Below, piece after piece: positions 20,466-30,239 of a DNA stretch of 56,238 bases. The stretch spans positions 1-56,238 of the forward strand of contig CANQJQ010000001.1 of assembly GCA_947624265.1 (NCBI GenBank). The letters are read 5' to 3'. Position numbers and translations under genes: made by a program. Position 1 is the stretch's first letter. The number at the start of each line of letters is the position of its first letter. Under the pieces are notes generated by a model. The model made no database searches and was not told the origin of the DNA. It saw nothing but the letters and a program-made list of their open reading frames with translations. This DNA comes from Candidatus Gastranaerophilales bacterium. Lineage in GTDB: Bacteria; Cyanobacteriota; Vampirovibrionia; Gastranaerophilales; Gastranaerophilaceae.

Positions 20466-21013
20466 GGTAAATCCTTTGCCTCTCTTAAAAACGGTTGTAT
20501 TTTATCTTTTTCACTTAGTATCGGTGTAAAATCAATATTCCAATCTATATTTATTTCAGGATCATTCCACCTTATACCTCTATCATGTTCTTTAGAATAT
20601 TCATTTGAAGTTTTATACAAAATTTCTGCCGTTTCGCTTAAAACAACAAATCCATGAGCAAACCCTTCAGGAATATACAGCATATGCTTATTTTCTTCCG
20701 ATAAAATCTCACCTGTCCATTTTTTAAAGGAGGGAGAATTTTTTCTTAAATCAACAGCCACATCAAAGATTTTACCGCGTATACATCTTACTATTTTAGC
20801 CTGCCCTTTTGGAGGAAGTTGATAATGTAATCCTCTTAAAACACCTTTTATCGATTTAGACTGATTATCCTGATTAAATTCATCTAATATGCCATTTTTA
20901 ACAAAATCAGATTTTTTAAAACCTTCGAGAAAAAACCCTCTATCATCCTCAAAGACTTTAGGAATTATTAATTGTACATTTTGTATTTTTAATTTAATAA
21001 ATTCAAACGGCAT
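20462..21013 (-). CDS. rfbC: dTDP-4-dehydrorhamnose 3,5-epimerase
   Basis: Cupin fold: FEDDRGFF...RGLHYQ...GFAHGF. Confidence 0.93.
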   Translation of the reverse strand: MPFEFIKLKIQNVQLIIPKVFEDDRGFFLEGFKKSDFVKNGILDEFNQDNQSKSIKGVLRGLHYQLPPKGQAKIVRCIRGKIFDVAVDLRKNSPSFKKWTGEILSEENKHMLYIPEGFAHGFVVLSETAEILYKTSNEYSKEHDRGIRWNDPEINIDWNIDFTPILSEKDKIQPFLREAKDLP

Positions 21014-21029
21014 TTTTACCTCTTTGAAT

Positions 21030-21058
21030 ATTATATTAAAAAGTGCTTTTTATATCAA
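21030..21058 (-). promoter_or_regulatory. candidate sigma-70 promoter in front of rfbC
   Basis: On the minus strand, TTGATA (21058-53), 17-nt spacer, TATAAT (21035-30). Caveat: it lies very close to the RBS and ATG (21013), which implies a very short leader. Confidence 0.35.
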
Positions 21059-21061
21059 TTA

Positions 21062-21829
21062 TTATTTAATTTCTAGTAATAAATTAGTAAATTCAATATC
21101 ATCATAATCCACAGAATTAACTTTATGCAGATTATGACCTGTTTTTATAGTTACGTTGTTATTTGATTTTATTAAACCTTTAGGGATATTAATTTTTTGT
21201 CCGTCAGCATTTATTTTAATTTCAGCTATTTTATTACCGTTAAAAAAGACTTCAGGCGGGCTTGAATATGCAGTTAATACCCTTGATTGACCGATTTTTT
21301 GTGCTTCCGGAGTATCTATTCCTATAATTGAACCGATAACAAGGAATAATTCTTCATCTTGTTTTAGAGGTTTTACGTTAAAATCTTTTGTATAAAAAGA
21401 GCCTGCGGAATTTATACTGAATTCTCCGGCGTTTGCGCTTCTTGAGGAAAAAGAATCATCCCCGATATGAATCATATCCGTATCCACAATTATATCTTTA
21501 GGTGTTGTTTTTTCTATACCCACCTGAATCGGATTTTTGCTGTTTTGGTTTAACGTTAAAGAATACGGTTTATAACCTGATTTTGCAACCGACATGATAG
21601 TCGGAGCATCAATTTTTGTTCCGAGTTTAAACGAGCCGTCTTTTCTTGTTCTGGTTTCATAATTTTTAGAAGGTATTTTTATAACAACTCCTTCTAAAGG
21701 TACATTAGTATTGGAGTCATAAATTTGATTAATATTACGGCGCGTTTCTTTTTTTATTTCGCCCGAAATAACCTCTGAAATTGACGGCAAACCAATTAAT
21801 AATATAGTTAGACATAATATTTTTTTCAT
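21062..21829 (-). CDS. exported protein with carboxypeptidase-regulatory-like (CarboxypepD_reg) N-terminal domain
   Basis: Signal peptide MKKILCLTILLIGLPS, then VPLEGVVIKIP...TRTRKDGSFKL...SGYKPYSLTL. ATG at 21829 is preceded by gagga. Confidence 0.55.
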   Translation of the reverse strand: MKKILCLTILLIGLPSISEVISGEIKKETRRNINQIYDSNTNVPLEGVVIKIPSKNYETRTRKDGSFKLGTKIDAPTIMSVAKSGYKPYSLTLNQNSKNPIQVGIEKTTPKDIIVDTDMIHIGDDSFSSRSANAGEFSINSAGSFYTKDFNVKPLKQDEELFLVIGSIIGIDTPEAQKIGQSRVLTAYSSPPEVFFNGNKIAEIKINADGQKINIPKGLIKSNNNVTIKTGHNLHKVNSVDYDDIEFTNLLLEIK

Positions 21830-21893
21830 TATCCTCAAACCTTTTTTTGAAGTTTAAGGAAAATGAATATAAAATACTATAGTCAATTATCTA

Positions 21894-24011
21894 TCAAATA
21901 AGACCATATTGGTTTAAAACTTCTTGATATTTACTTTTAACTCTTGCGCCCATTTCGGTTTTTGTTATTTTGCCATCACCATCTGCATCAAGCGGTGAGT
22001 TACACCTGTAATAATTTTCTGAAGAAGTAGTTAGAACTTCTTGACCAACACGAGCAGGCAGAAAACACAACGTATATAAATCACCTGCATTTATTCTTCT
22101 TTTACCGTCAACATAAGACCATTGTTTAAACAATTTTTCAATATAATCAAGCTGTTCTACCCCGCTCATTTTACTGATTGCCTGGGTTGTTGTACCAAGT
22201 GCCTCTGCGGCAACCGGCAGAAATTGAATTAAGCCTGCGGAATTATAGTTTGCATTAGTAATATGAGGATCCAAACCTGATTCACTATACATAATTCCTA
22301 TTAAATCAGCAGGATCACAATTTATATTTTTTGCAACCTGTTCTAATTTTGCACAGAAGCCTGCCCCTAATTTAGCATCCAGAGCTTTAACAAGTTCAGA
22401 TGGTAAACTGCTCTTTGTTACTGAATATTTTGTATCGTTTTCTTTTTCTCTTGCTTCCGTCAGTTCTCCGCTTATTCTGTCAACTTCGTCTTGTGCGGTT
22501 TCTATATCGGATTTTGCAGCAGCAATAGCAGATTCTCTTGTTGAAATATATGTTTCTTTTGCTGTTTCATAAGCTTCTTTCATTTTTGCAAGGTCAGGAT
22601 TTGCTTCAAAAACAATGGCTTCCAGGTCATCACGTTCTGATTCTAAATCAGTTAGTTCTGAGTCTGTTAATAAAATTGCGTCTTCTATCTTTGCAAGTTT
22701 TTGTTCCGCTTTATCTTTTCTATCTTCCGCATCTTTTTTATTTTGAAGTGCTGTTTCTTTTTGCTGAGTAAGTGCATCAATTTCCGCATTTGCAGCGTCA
22801 ATCTGTGCTTGAAGTTCAGCTATATTATCAGCTTGTTCCGGATCTGATTTTGCATTTTCAAGTTCACTTATATGTGAGTTTAAATCCCTAATTGAGGAAT
22901 CACAATCATCCGCAACTCCCTGATAAGTTTCGATATTCCCGGTTTCGGTTTCAATTGTATCAGTTAAATTTTGTTTTTCTTCTTCCTGTTCTCTTTTTAT
23001 CGTTTCATTATCTTCAATTTTTTTAGTAACTTCAGCTAATTTTTCGGATTCAGGGGTAGTAGTGTCCTGATGAAGTGCATTTAAATATTCTTCAAGTTTA
23101 GCTTCCATGTCTTCCTTTAAAGGAGCTACAACAGAATCCGTTCCATTTTGAATCTCACTTAAAGCAGTTTGTTTATCAGTTAAATCCGAATTTGCATCAA
23201 CAAGTTCCGCTTCCAATTCTTCAACTGATTTATTTTTTACGCTTGAAGATGAGGTACTGCCTGAAGAGTTGTAAACTGAAGAAACATACGGTGAACCTCC
23301 CGAACCGCCGGAAACAGGAGTTGATGATGTTACGGCATCACTTTTTTCAGCTTTGGGTATATCATCTTCTTCATCAGAAACATCTTCTATATCATTATCA
23401 TTCCCTTCTTCAGCTGTAACGTCTTCTACATCAGCATCGTTTTCTCCTTCTTCAGAAACGTCTTCTACATCAGTATCATTTTCTCCTTCGACAGTTGCTG
23501 GCTGAATTTCATCCATAGATTCTTTTTCCGAAATATTCTCAGAATTTTTAACTAAATCATCAAGGGAAATACTTTCACCCTCGGCATTTTCATCATTCAA
23601 ATTTTGTTTTGTAAATTCATCAAATTCTTCAGAATTAATTTGTCCATCTCCATCAGAGTCATATTCAGCTTTAAAACCCTCATCTTGAATTAACATATTA
23701 AAAATATCCAGCATAGATAAATCTTCTTCTGATTGATTATTTTCCTCAGATTGTTTATCCACAACTTTACCGTTTTCGATTTCCAGATTTTTTAAATCTT
23801 CCAAGCTCATATATAATACTTCAGACGATAAGTTAAGTTCATCCTGCAAATATTCTTTGAAATATTCCATATTATTATAAATACTGAATACGGAAAAATC
23901 CTCAAGAGAATCCGTATCCTCATTATTTTGTTCGTCTTCATCCTTTTGTTCGGTTTCTTTTATATTTTTTAAATATTCATAAAAATCTAACTTTAATTTT
24001 TCCAGATTCAT
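21894..24011 (-). CDS. 705-aa acidic-repeat / coiled-coil protein with C-terminal lysozyme-like (SLT-type) domain and no signal peptide
   Basis: The N-terminus MNLEKLKLDFYEYLK is not hydrophobic. It has EF-hand/dockerin-like loops DSDGDGQINSEEF and DADGDGKITKTEM, acidic 13-aa repeats, a Ser-rich linker and a heptad-rich region of about 300 aa. The C-terminus carries MYSESGLDP...AGLIQF, resembling the ES...GLMQ motifs of family 1 lytic transglycosylases. Confidence 0.6.
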   Translation of the reverse strand: MNLEKLKLDFYEYLKNIKETEQKDEDEQNNEDTDSLEDFSVFSIYNNMEYFKEYLQDELNLSSEVLYMSLEDLKNLEIENGKVVDKQSEENNQSEEDLSMLDIFNMLIQDEGFKAEYDSDGDGQINSEEFDEFTKQNLNDENAEGESISLDDLVKNSENISEKESMDEIQPATVEGENDTDVEDVSEEGENDADVEDVTAEEGNDNDIEDVSDEEDDIPKAEKSDAVTSSTPVSGGSGGSPYVSSVYNSSGSTSSSSVKNKSVEELEAELVDANSDLTDKQTALSEIQNGTDSVVAPLKEDMEAKLEEYLNALHQDTTTPESEKLAEVTKKIEDNETIKREQEEEKQNLTDTIETETGNIETYQGVADDCDSSIRDLNSHISELENAKSDPEQADNIAELQAQIDAANAEIDALTQQKETALQNKKDAEDRKDKAEQKLAKIEDAILLTDSELTDLESERDDLEAIVFEANPDLAKMKEAYETAKETYISTRESAIAAAKSDIETAQDEVDRISGELTEAREKENDTKYSVTKSSLPSELVKALDAKLGAGFCAKLEQVAKNINCDPADLIGIMYSESGLDPHITNANYNSAGLIQFLPVAAEALGTTTQAISKMSGVEQLDYIEKLFKQWSYVDGKRRINAGDLYTLCFLPARVGQEVLTTSSENYYRCNSPLDADGDGKITKTEMGARVKSKYQEVLNQYGLI
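23382..23498 (-). repeat. three tandem ~39-nt in-frame repeats inside the 705-aa gene
   Basis: gtcttctacatcagcatcgttttctccttcttcagaaac is followed by gtcttctacatcagtatcattttctccttc..., with a more diverged copy upstream. They encode the ...END(T/A)DVEDV(S/T)... units. Confidence 0.8.
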
Positions 24012-24036
24012 ATAAACTCCATATTAGTCAAGTATT

Positions 24037-24064
24037 ATATCGGCAAAATATCCTGCAACTTTAG
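24037..24064 (-). promoter_or_regulatory. sigma-28 (FliA/SigD)-type promoter upstream of the 705-aa gene
   Basis: The minus strand reads CTAAAGTTG-caggatatttt-GCCGATAT. The -35 TAAAGTTG matches the TAAAGTTT consensus at 7/8, the spacer is 11 nt, and the -10 GCCGATAT equals the B. subtilis SigD consensus. It sits about 26 nt upstream of the ATG at 24011, with GGAG in between. Confidence 0.7.
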
Positions 24065-24111
24065 ATTTTTTAATATATTGTTAACATATTTGAATTTGTA
24101 AAATTGAATAA

Positions 24112-24140
24112 TTGATTAGTTTTATTTGAAATGTTATTCT
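24112..24140 (+). promoter_or_regulatory. candidate extended -10 promoter for rubredoxin/FDP/ilvD
   Basis: TTGATT (24112-17), 17-nt spacer ending in TGt, TATTCT (24135-40). RBS aggag at 24159-63. Confidence 0.4.
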
Positions 24141-24170
24141 AATTTAGGATATTAAAATAGGAGAAAAAAT

Positions 24171-24308
24171 ATGGATAATTACATTTGTACGGTATGCCAT
24201 TACATTTATGAACCTGCCGAAAACGGCAATGTTGCATTTGAAGACTTACCTGATGATTATGTTTGCCCGCTTTGCGGAGTCGGAAAAGACATGTTCGAAA
24301 AACAATAG
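24171..24308 (+). CDS. rubredoxin (45 aa)
   Basis: Below the ORF-track size cutoff. My translation is [45 protein letters not shown], with the two CxxC knuckles of rubredoxin. Confidence 0.9.
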   Translation: MDNYICTVCHYIYEPAENGNVAFEDLPDDYVCPLCGVGKDMFEKQ

Positions 24309-24346
24309 TTAATAGTTATTTGTAAATTTGGGGAGAGGATTATTTT

Positions 24347-25528
24347 ATGTTTAAAAAAATTAAAGACAATATATTGTATGCAGGAATTAATGATAAAGAC
24401 AGAGTTATTTTTGATGAATTAATTCCTCTTGATAACGGAACAAGTTATAATTCATACCTTGCTATAGGAAGTGAAAAAACTGCGGTAATTGATACAATGT
24501 ACCCCAAATTTACGGAAGAATATTTAAAATCTTTTGATGAAAACGGCATATCAAAAGTTGATTACATAATAGCAAACCACGGGGAACAAGATCACTCGGG
24601 AAGTATTCCCGCGCTGCTTGAAAAGTTCCCCGAGGCTGTTGTTGTAACTAACGCTGTTTGTGCTAAAAATCTTCAGGAAATGTTATTAGTCAGCGAAGAA
24701 AAAATTAAAATCATAACAAACGGCGAGGAACTTTCACTTGGTGATAAAACATTAAAATTTATGATATCCCCCGGGGTTCACTGGCCTGATACAATGTTTA
24801 CCTATATTAAAGAAGATAATATAATATGCACTTGCGATTTTTTAGGTGCGCATTACATTTTTGATGACGTTTTTGCAGTTCCTTCCAAAGAACTGGAAAA
24901 AAGTGCGAAAAAATATTTTGCAGAGATAATGATGCCATTTTCAACGGTTTGCAGAAAATACGTTCAAACAATAAAAGATTTAAAAGTTGATATGATACTT
25001 CCAAGCCACGGCCCTATTCATAAAGACCCTGATTATATATTAGACTTATACTCTGATTGGGCTGGCGAAAAAGGAAAGAACTTAGTACTTCTTCCTTATG
25101 TATCCATGTATAAATCAACTGCGGAAATGATTGATTATTTAGCCGATAAACTTAAGGAAAAAGGAATACCTTCAATTAAATATGACATGGTAGAAGGTAA
25201 TTTGGGCGATTTAGCCATGGCATTAGTTGACGGAACAACAATTGTATTAGGTACTTCAATGGTGCTTGCCGGTCCGCATCCTGCCGCATTTAATACCGTT
25301 TATCTTGCAAGCGTACTCAGACCGAAAGCGAAAATTGCTTCCTTTATAGGTTCTTTCGGCTGGGGCGGGGATTTATTCGGCAAAATGGCAAAAATGCTTG
25401 AACCTTTAAAACTTGATATCATTGAACCTATTTTAGTTAAAGGTAAAGCAAAATCAGAAGATTATGCAAAACTTGATAAAATGGCAGAAGAAATTTACAT
25501 AAAACATAAAGAATTGGGATTAATATAA
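24347..25528 (+). CDS. flavodiiron protein (FprA-type O2/NO reductase)
   Basis: Metallo-beta-lactamase-like domain with [10 protein letters not shown] (HxExDH di-iron motif) and a C-terminal flavodoxin-like domain. About 393 aa, next to the rubredoxin gene. Confidence 0.88.
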   Translation: MFKKIKDNILYAGINDKDRVIFDELIPLDNGTSYNSYLAIGSEKTAVIDTMYPKFTEEYLKSFDENGISKVDYIIANHGEQDHSGSIPALLEKFPEAVVVTNAVCAKNLQEMLLVSEEKIKIITNGEELSLGDKTLKFMISPGVHWPDTMFTYIKEDNIICTCDFLGAHYIFDDVFAVPSKELEKSAKKYFAEIMMPFSTVCRKYVQTIKDLKVDMILPSHGPIHKDPDYILDLYSDWAGEKGKNLVLLPYVSMYKSTAEMIDYLADKLKEKGIPSIKYDMVEGNLGDLAMALVDGTTIVLGTSMVLAGPHPAAFNTVYLASVLRPKAKIASFIGSFGWGGDLFGKMAKMLEPLKLDIIEPILVKGKAKSEDYAKLDKMAEEIYIKHKELGLI

Positions 25529-27192
25529 TGAGAAGCGACGAAATAAAACAAGGACTTGAAAGAACTCCGCACCGTTCACTGTTATACGGAACAGGCTTAA
25601 GTGAACAACAGATAAATAAAAGATTTATAGGAATAGCAAGCAGTTTTTCCGACTTAGTTCCGGGGCACTCGGGAATGCGCGATTTGGAACGTCAGATAGA
25701 AAAAGGCATACACACAGGGGGCGGACAGGCATTTATTTTTGGAGTTCCTGCAATATGCGACGGTATTGCAATGGGGCATAGCGGAATGAACTATTCACTT
25801 CCTTCCCGCGACCTTATTGCTGATTGTATTGAATCTGTTGCGAATGCACATAAACTTGACGGACTTGTTTTATTAACAAACTGCGATAAAATTACCCCCG
25901 GCATGATTATGGCTGCGGTAAGACTTGATATACCTTGTATCGTAGTAACCGCAGGTCCTATGCTTGACGGAAAATGTCATAACAATACTTTAACAATGAT
26001 TAGAGGCACTTTTGAGGCAATCGGCAAATACACTAAAGGTGAAATTGACGAAAAACTTTTAAAAGAAATGGAAATCACTTCGTGTCCTTCAGCGGGCGCC
26101 TGCCAAGGATTATATACTGCAAATACGATGGCTTGTTTAACCGAAGTTATGGGAATGAGCCTTCCATATTGTGCAACTGCATCAGCGGTAAGTGCAAAAA
26201 CAAAACGTATTGCGTTTGACTCGGGTGTATTAATTAATGAACTTGTCGAAAAGAACATTAGACCTTCTTCAATTATTACAAAAGAGTCAATAAGGAATGC
26301 AATAATAGCGGATTTAGCAATGGGTGGCTCAACAAATTCAATTCTACATCTGCTTGCTATAGCAAACGAAGCAGGAGTTGACGTTAGCCTGAAAGACTTT
26401 GAAGAATTAAGTTTTAAGGTTCCTCAAATAATAAAACTTGACCCTTCTGCAGCTATGACAATGACAGACTTAGATAATGCAGGCGGGATACCTGCCGTAT
26501 TAAAGACTCTGTGGGGTAATATAAAAGAATTAACAGACACAAAAGGAGTATCGGGATTAAAACTTTCCCAAATAGCTCAAGCTGATATATGGTGCGATAA
26601 TAACGTAATTCATACTGTTTCAAATCCAATAACATCTAACCCGGGGCTTGCCGTATTACACGGCAATCTTGCGCCTGACGGTGCCGTTGTTAAAATTTCG
26701 GGAGTCGAAAAAGAATGCCTTGAATTTACGGGACATGCTAAAACTTTTGACTCCGAAGAAGATGCAATGAAAGCTATAATGCAAGATAAAATTACCTCCG
26801 GTGATGTCGTAGTTATCCGCTACGAAGGTCCTAAAGGGGGTCCCGGAATGCGAGAGATGCTTTCACCTACTTCCGCAATAGTCGGTAAAGGCTTAGGAAG
26901 TAAAGTCGCTTTAATTACAGACGGAAGATTTTCGGGCGGTACAAGAGGTTTATGCATCGGGCACATTTGCCCAGAAGCGCCTTCAGGAGGTATTATAGGG
27001 GTTATTAAAGACGGAGATGAAATATACATTAATATTTTAAAGCGTGAGCTAACCTTAAAAGTTGATGAAAATGAAATAAATGAAAGACTCAAAAACTTTA
27101 CACCAAAACCTTCTAAGGTTAAAAAAGGATACTTAAAACGTTATCAATCAGTAGTTTCCTCCTCCGATAAAGGAGCAATAACAAGTATTTAA
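25528..27192 (+). CDS. ilvD: dihydroxy-acid dehydratase
   Basis: NCDKITPGM and [16 protein letters not shown] (Fe-S ligand region). The ATG overlaps the FDP stop (TAATG at 25526-25530). Confidence 0.95.
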   Translation: MRSDEIKQGLERTPHRSLLYGTGLSEQQINKRFIGIASSFSDLVPGHSGMRDLERQIEKGIHTGGGQAFIFGVPAICDGIAMGHSGMNYSLPSRDLIADCIESVANAHKLDGLVLLTNCDKITPGMIMAAVRLDIPCIVVTAGPMLDGKCHNNTLTMIRGTFEAIGKYTKGEIDEKLLKEMEITSCPSAGACQGLYTANTMACLTEVMGMSLPYCATASAVSAKTKRIAFDSGVLINELVEKNIRPSSIITKESIRNAIIADLAMGGSTNSILHLLAIANEAGVDVSLKDFEELSFKVPQIIKLDPSAAMTMTDLDNAGGIPAVLKTLWGNIKELTDTKGVSGLKLSQIAQADIWCDNNVIHTVSNPITSNPGLAVLHGNLAPDGAVVKISGVEKECLEFTGHAKTFDSEEDAMKAIMQDKITSGDVVVIRYEGPKGGPGMREMLSPTSAIVGKGLGSKVALITDGRFSGGTRGLCIGHICPEAPSGGIIGVIKDGDEIYINILKRELTLKVDENEINERLKNFTPKPSKVKKGYLKRYQSVVSSSDKGAITSI

Positions 27193-27864
27193 CTACCTTA
27201 CATTTAAAAATTTATGTACTTGAGGAATTAATCTCACTTTATTATATTGTGAGATTAATTTATTATATACCTTATTAATTGTTTCTTCATTGAGTAATAG
27301 TTTATTTTTTACCATTTTGGGCTGTAGTACGACTGCCAGATTATAAGGCTTGGCAAGAGTAATAATATTTTCAATTTCTTCATTTGTAATATTTTCATCA
27401 AACACAACTTTTAAAAATATCTCTTTTTTATGTTCAACAGCGCATTTAATAAATTTTTGATGATGATTAAACATATCACTCATACGGGTTGCAGAAGGTA
27501 ATTTAATATCCGTTGCAATAATATCAACAAAATCAATTATTTTATTCAAATTTTCAAATAGTGTACCGTTTGTTTCAAGGTATATTTTTTTATCCGTTAA
27601 AGGAAGAAGTTGAACTAAAAAACCGGCATTTAATAGCGGCTCGCCTCCCGTTAAACTTACGGAATGTATATTTTCCGTTTGATTTATAATCTTTATAAGT
27701 TCACTAATAGTGTATTCTTTAGCATTTGTTTTAAAATCAGTATCGCAATATGCACAATTTAAATTACATGAAGCAAACCGAATAAATAATTGATTAACAC
27801 CTATATATAAGCCTTCCCCTTGAATAGAGGTAAATATTTCGCTGATTTTTACTTTATCTTCCAT
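27193..27864 (-). CDS. queE: 7-carboxy-7-deazaguanine synthase (radical SAM)
   Basis: ISEIFTSIQGEGLYIGVNQLFIRFASCNLNCAYCDT. Confidence 0.88.
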   Translation of the reverse strand: MEDKVKISEIFTSIQGEGLYIGVNQLFIRFASCNLNCAYCDTDFKTNAKEYTISELIKIINQTENIHSVSLTGGEPLLNAGFLVQLLPLTDKKIYLETNGTLFENLNKIIDFVDIIATDIKLPSATRMSDMFNHHQKFIKCAVEHKKEIFLKVVFDENITNEEIENIITLAKPYNLAVVLQPKMVKNKLLLNEETINKVYNKLISQYNKVRLIPQVHKFLNVR

Positions 27865-28894
27865 TATTCATCTCGTCTCTAATATCATTATTACTAATCT
27901 CTTTCAATTGAGTATATAATTCTTTTTCTTTTTCAGAGAGATTTTTAGGAATTTTAATAACAACAGTTATAATAATATCACCTTTTTTTGTTTTGGATTT
28001 GTTATCAAGCCCAAGCCCCGCAAGTTTTAGTTTTTGCCCGGAAGAAGTTTTAGGAGGAATTTTAACAGTAACTGTTTCATCCATGATTTTTATAGGAATA
28101 TCAGCCCCAAGAGCCGCTTCACTTGGTGTTACAGGTAAATTACAATATATATCCATACCGACTATTTCAAAATAATTATTTTTTTCAATATTTACAATAA
28201 GGTATAAATCACCGTCTTTTCCGCCGTATTGCCCTTTATTTCCCTCCTTTTTGATACGAACTTTAGAACCTTGGGTAACGCCTTTGGGAATTTTGACATT
28301 AATTTTCTTTTCCGATGAAATCTGCCCCGTCCCGTTACACATAGGACATATACTACCGTTAATGAACATTCTTCCTTCACAATTGGGACAAGGCTCGGTG
28401 TGCAAAATATTTACTTTTCTGCTCGTACCTTTTAAGGCTTCAAAACAAGATATTTTAACATCAAGTTTAATATCTTCCCCATTAATAGGCGGCTTTTTTT
28501 CTTGTTTTATATCTTTTTGTTTTTTTGTGTGGAATAGATTATCTAAAGCCTCATTAATTGAATGTGAAAAAGACTCGGACTTTGTTGAATTTTCTTTTGC
28601 TCTTTTTATCACATCTTCATATATATTTTTCGATTTGCTTTCAGTATAGTTTTTTTTAATTTTTTCTCTGTAAAATCCGTTCAATACATCATATTTTTTA
28701 CGTTTTTCTTCATCACTTAATATTTCATAAGCCTCTTGAATTTCTTTAAATTTTTCAATATCTGTTTGATTTCCCGTTACATCAGGATGACATGTCCTTA
28801 CCAATCGTCTGTATGAAGCTTTGATTTCTTGCATAGATGCATCAAAGTTAACATTTAATATTTTGTATAAATCTTTATTATAATAGTTTGTCAA
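27854..28894 (-). CDS. DnaJ-family co-chaperone with a reduced zinc-finger region
   Basis: J domain DLYKILNV...YRRLVRTCHPDV. Only two CxxCxG units are present (CPNCEG, CPMCNGTG), against four in canonical DnaJ. A C-terminal substrate-binding domain is present. TTG start. Confidence 0.8.
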   Translation of the reverse strand: MTNYYNKDLYKILNVNFDASMQEIKASYRRLVRTCHPDVTGNQTDIEKFKEIQEAYEILSDEEKRKKYDVLNGFYREKIKKNYTESKSKNIYEDVIKRAKENSTKSESFSHSINEALDNLFHTKKQKDIKQEKKPPINGEDIKLDVKISCFEALKGTSRKVNILHTEPCPNCEGRMFINGSICPMCNGTGQISSEKKINVKIPKGVTQGSKVRIKKEGNKGQYGGKDGDLYLIVNIEKNNYFEIVGMDIYCNLPVTPSEAALGADIPIKIMDETVTVKIPPKTSSGQKLKLAGLGLDNKSKTKKGDIIITVVIKIPKNLSEKEKELYTQLKEISNNDIRDEMNNGR

Positions 28895-28989
28895 GATATC
28901 TCTCCTAATTTCATTTTACGGAAGAGTTAAAAAATATCAAATATTTTTTATCTATTATATAATTATTTTAAAAAGATTGGGGGATAATC

Positions 28990-30237
28990 ATGGAACTCGA
29001 TATAATAAGCCAAACTGATAAAGAAGTTGCTGATTTAATTAAAGAAGAATTAAAAAGACAACAGAATACAATAGAATTAATTGCAAGTGAAAATTTTACG
29101 TCAAAAGCGGTAATGGCTGCATGCGGGAGCGTATTAACAAATAAGTATGCCGAAGGAAAACCCTATAAAAGATATTATAACGGCTGTGAAAATGTAGATA
29201 AAATTGAGGAATTAGCCCAGGAAAGAGCAAAAAAATTATTTAACGCGGAGCACGCTAATGTTCAGCCTCATAGCGGAGCGCAAGCAAATATGGCGGTATT
29301 TTTATATGCAGTTAAACCGGGTGATACCGTTATGGGGATGGATTTATCAAACGGCGGACATTTAACCCACGGCTCTCCCGTTAATTTTTCGGGACTTTAT
29401 TTTAATATTGTTTCATACGGAATTACCGAAAAAGGTGAAATTGATTACGATAACGTAAGAGACCTTGCACTAAAACACAGACCAAAATTAATAATCTGCG
29501 GCGCAAGCAACTATTCTAAAATAATAGATTTTAAGAAGTTCAGAGAAATAGCAGATGAAGTAGGGGCGCTTTTAATGGCTGATATAGCTCATATTGCCGC
29601 TCTTGTAGCCACAGGATTACATCCGAGTCCATTCCCTTATGCGGATTTTGTTACAACAACAACTCATAAGACTTTAAGAGGCCCAAGAGGCGGAATAATT
29701 ATGTGCAAAGAAAAACACGCCCAAGGTATTGATAAAGCAGTTTTCCCGGGCATCCAAGGCGGACCGTTAGAACACATAATTGCGGGGAAAGCGGTTGCTC
29801 TGAAAGAAGCACTTTCCGATGATTTTAAAACATACGCTAAACAAGTTGTTTTAAATGCAAAAGCTCTTGCTAAATCTTTAATGGATGAAGGTCTTGATAT
29901 AGTAGGCAACGGAACGGATAATCATTTAATGACCTTAGATTTAAGAAGAGTAAATAAAACGGGGAAAGATATTGCAAATATTCTTGAACTGGTAGGAATT
30001 ACAGCCAATAAAAATACCGTACCAAATGACCCTCAAAGTCCTTTTGTAACAAGCGGAGTAAGGTTAGGGTCTCCTGCCGTTACTACAAGAGGGTTTAAAG
30101 AAGAAGATATGATTGAAGTCGGAAAAATTATAGCGGAAGCCGTTAAAATTTCAGACTTAAATGATGAAGCAAAAATTAAAGAATTGCGTGCACGTTCTTT
30201 AAAATTATGCGAAAAACACCCCTTATATAAGGATTAA
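28990..30237 (+). CDS. glyA: serine hydroxymethyltransferase
   Basis: [18 protein letters not shown]-lysine motif. Confidence 0.96.
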   Translation: MELDIISQTDKEVADLIKEELKRQQNTIELIASENFTSKAVMAACGSVLTNKYAEGKPYKRYYNGCENVDKIEELAQERAKKLFNAEHANVQPHSGAQANMAVFLYAVKPGDTVMGMDLSNGGHLTHGSPVNFSGLYFNIVSYGITEKGEIDYDNVRDLALKHRPKLIICGASNYSKIIDFKKFREIADEVGALLMADIAHIAALVATGLHPSPFPYADFVTTTTHKTLRGPRGGIIMCKEKHAQGIDKAVFPGIQGGPLEHIIAGKAVALKEALSDDFKTYAKQVVLNAKALAKSLMDEGLDIVGNGTDNHLMTLDLRRVNKTGKDIANILELVGITANKNTVPNDPQSPFVTSGVRLGSPAVTTRGFKEEDMIEVGKIIAEAVKISDLNDEAKIKELRARSLKLCEKHPLYKD

Positions 30238-30239
30238 TT

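Noticed and set aside
28895-28989. A possible riboswitch or T-box in the leaders of glyA, serS (9396-9486) and ilvB (13993-14052).
   Set aside because: The gaps are only about 50-95 nt and almost pure A/T. They have no G/C-rich helices or conserved cores (THF, glycine, T-box specifier/antiterminator) that I could recognise.
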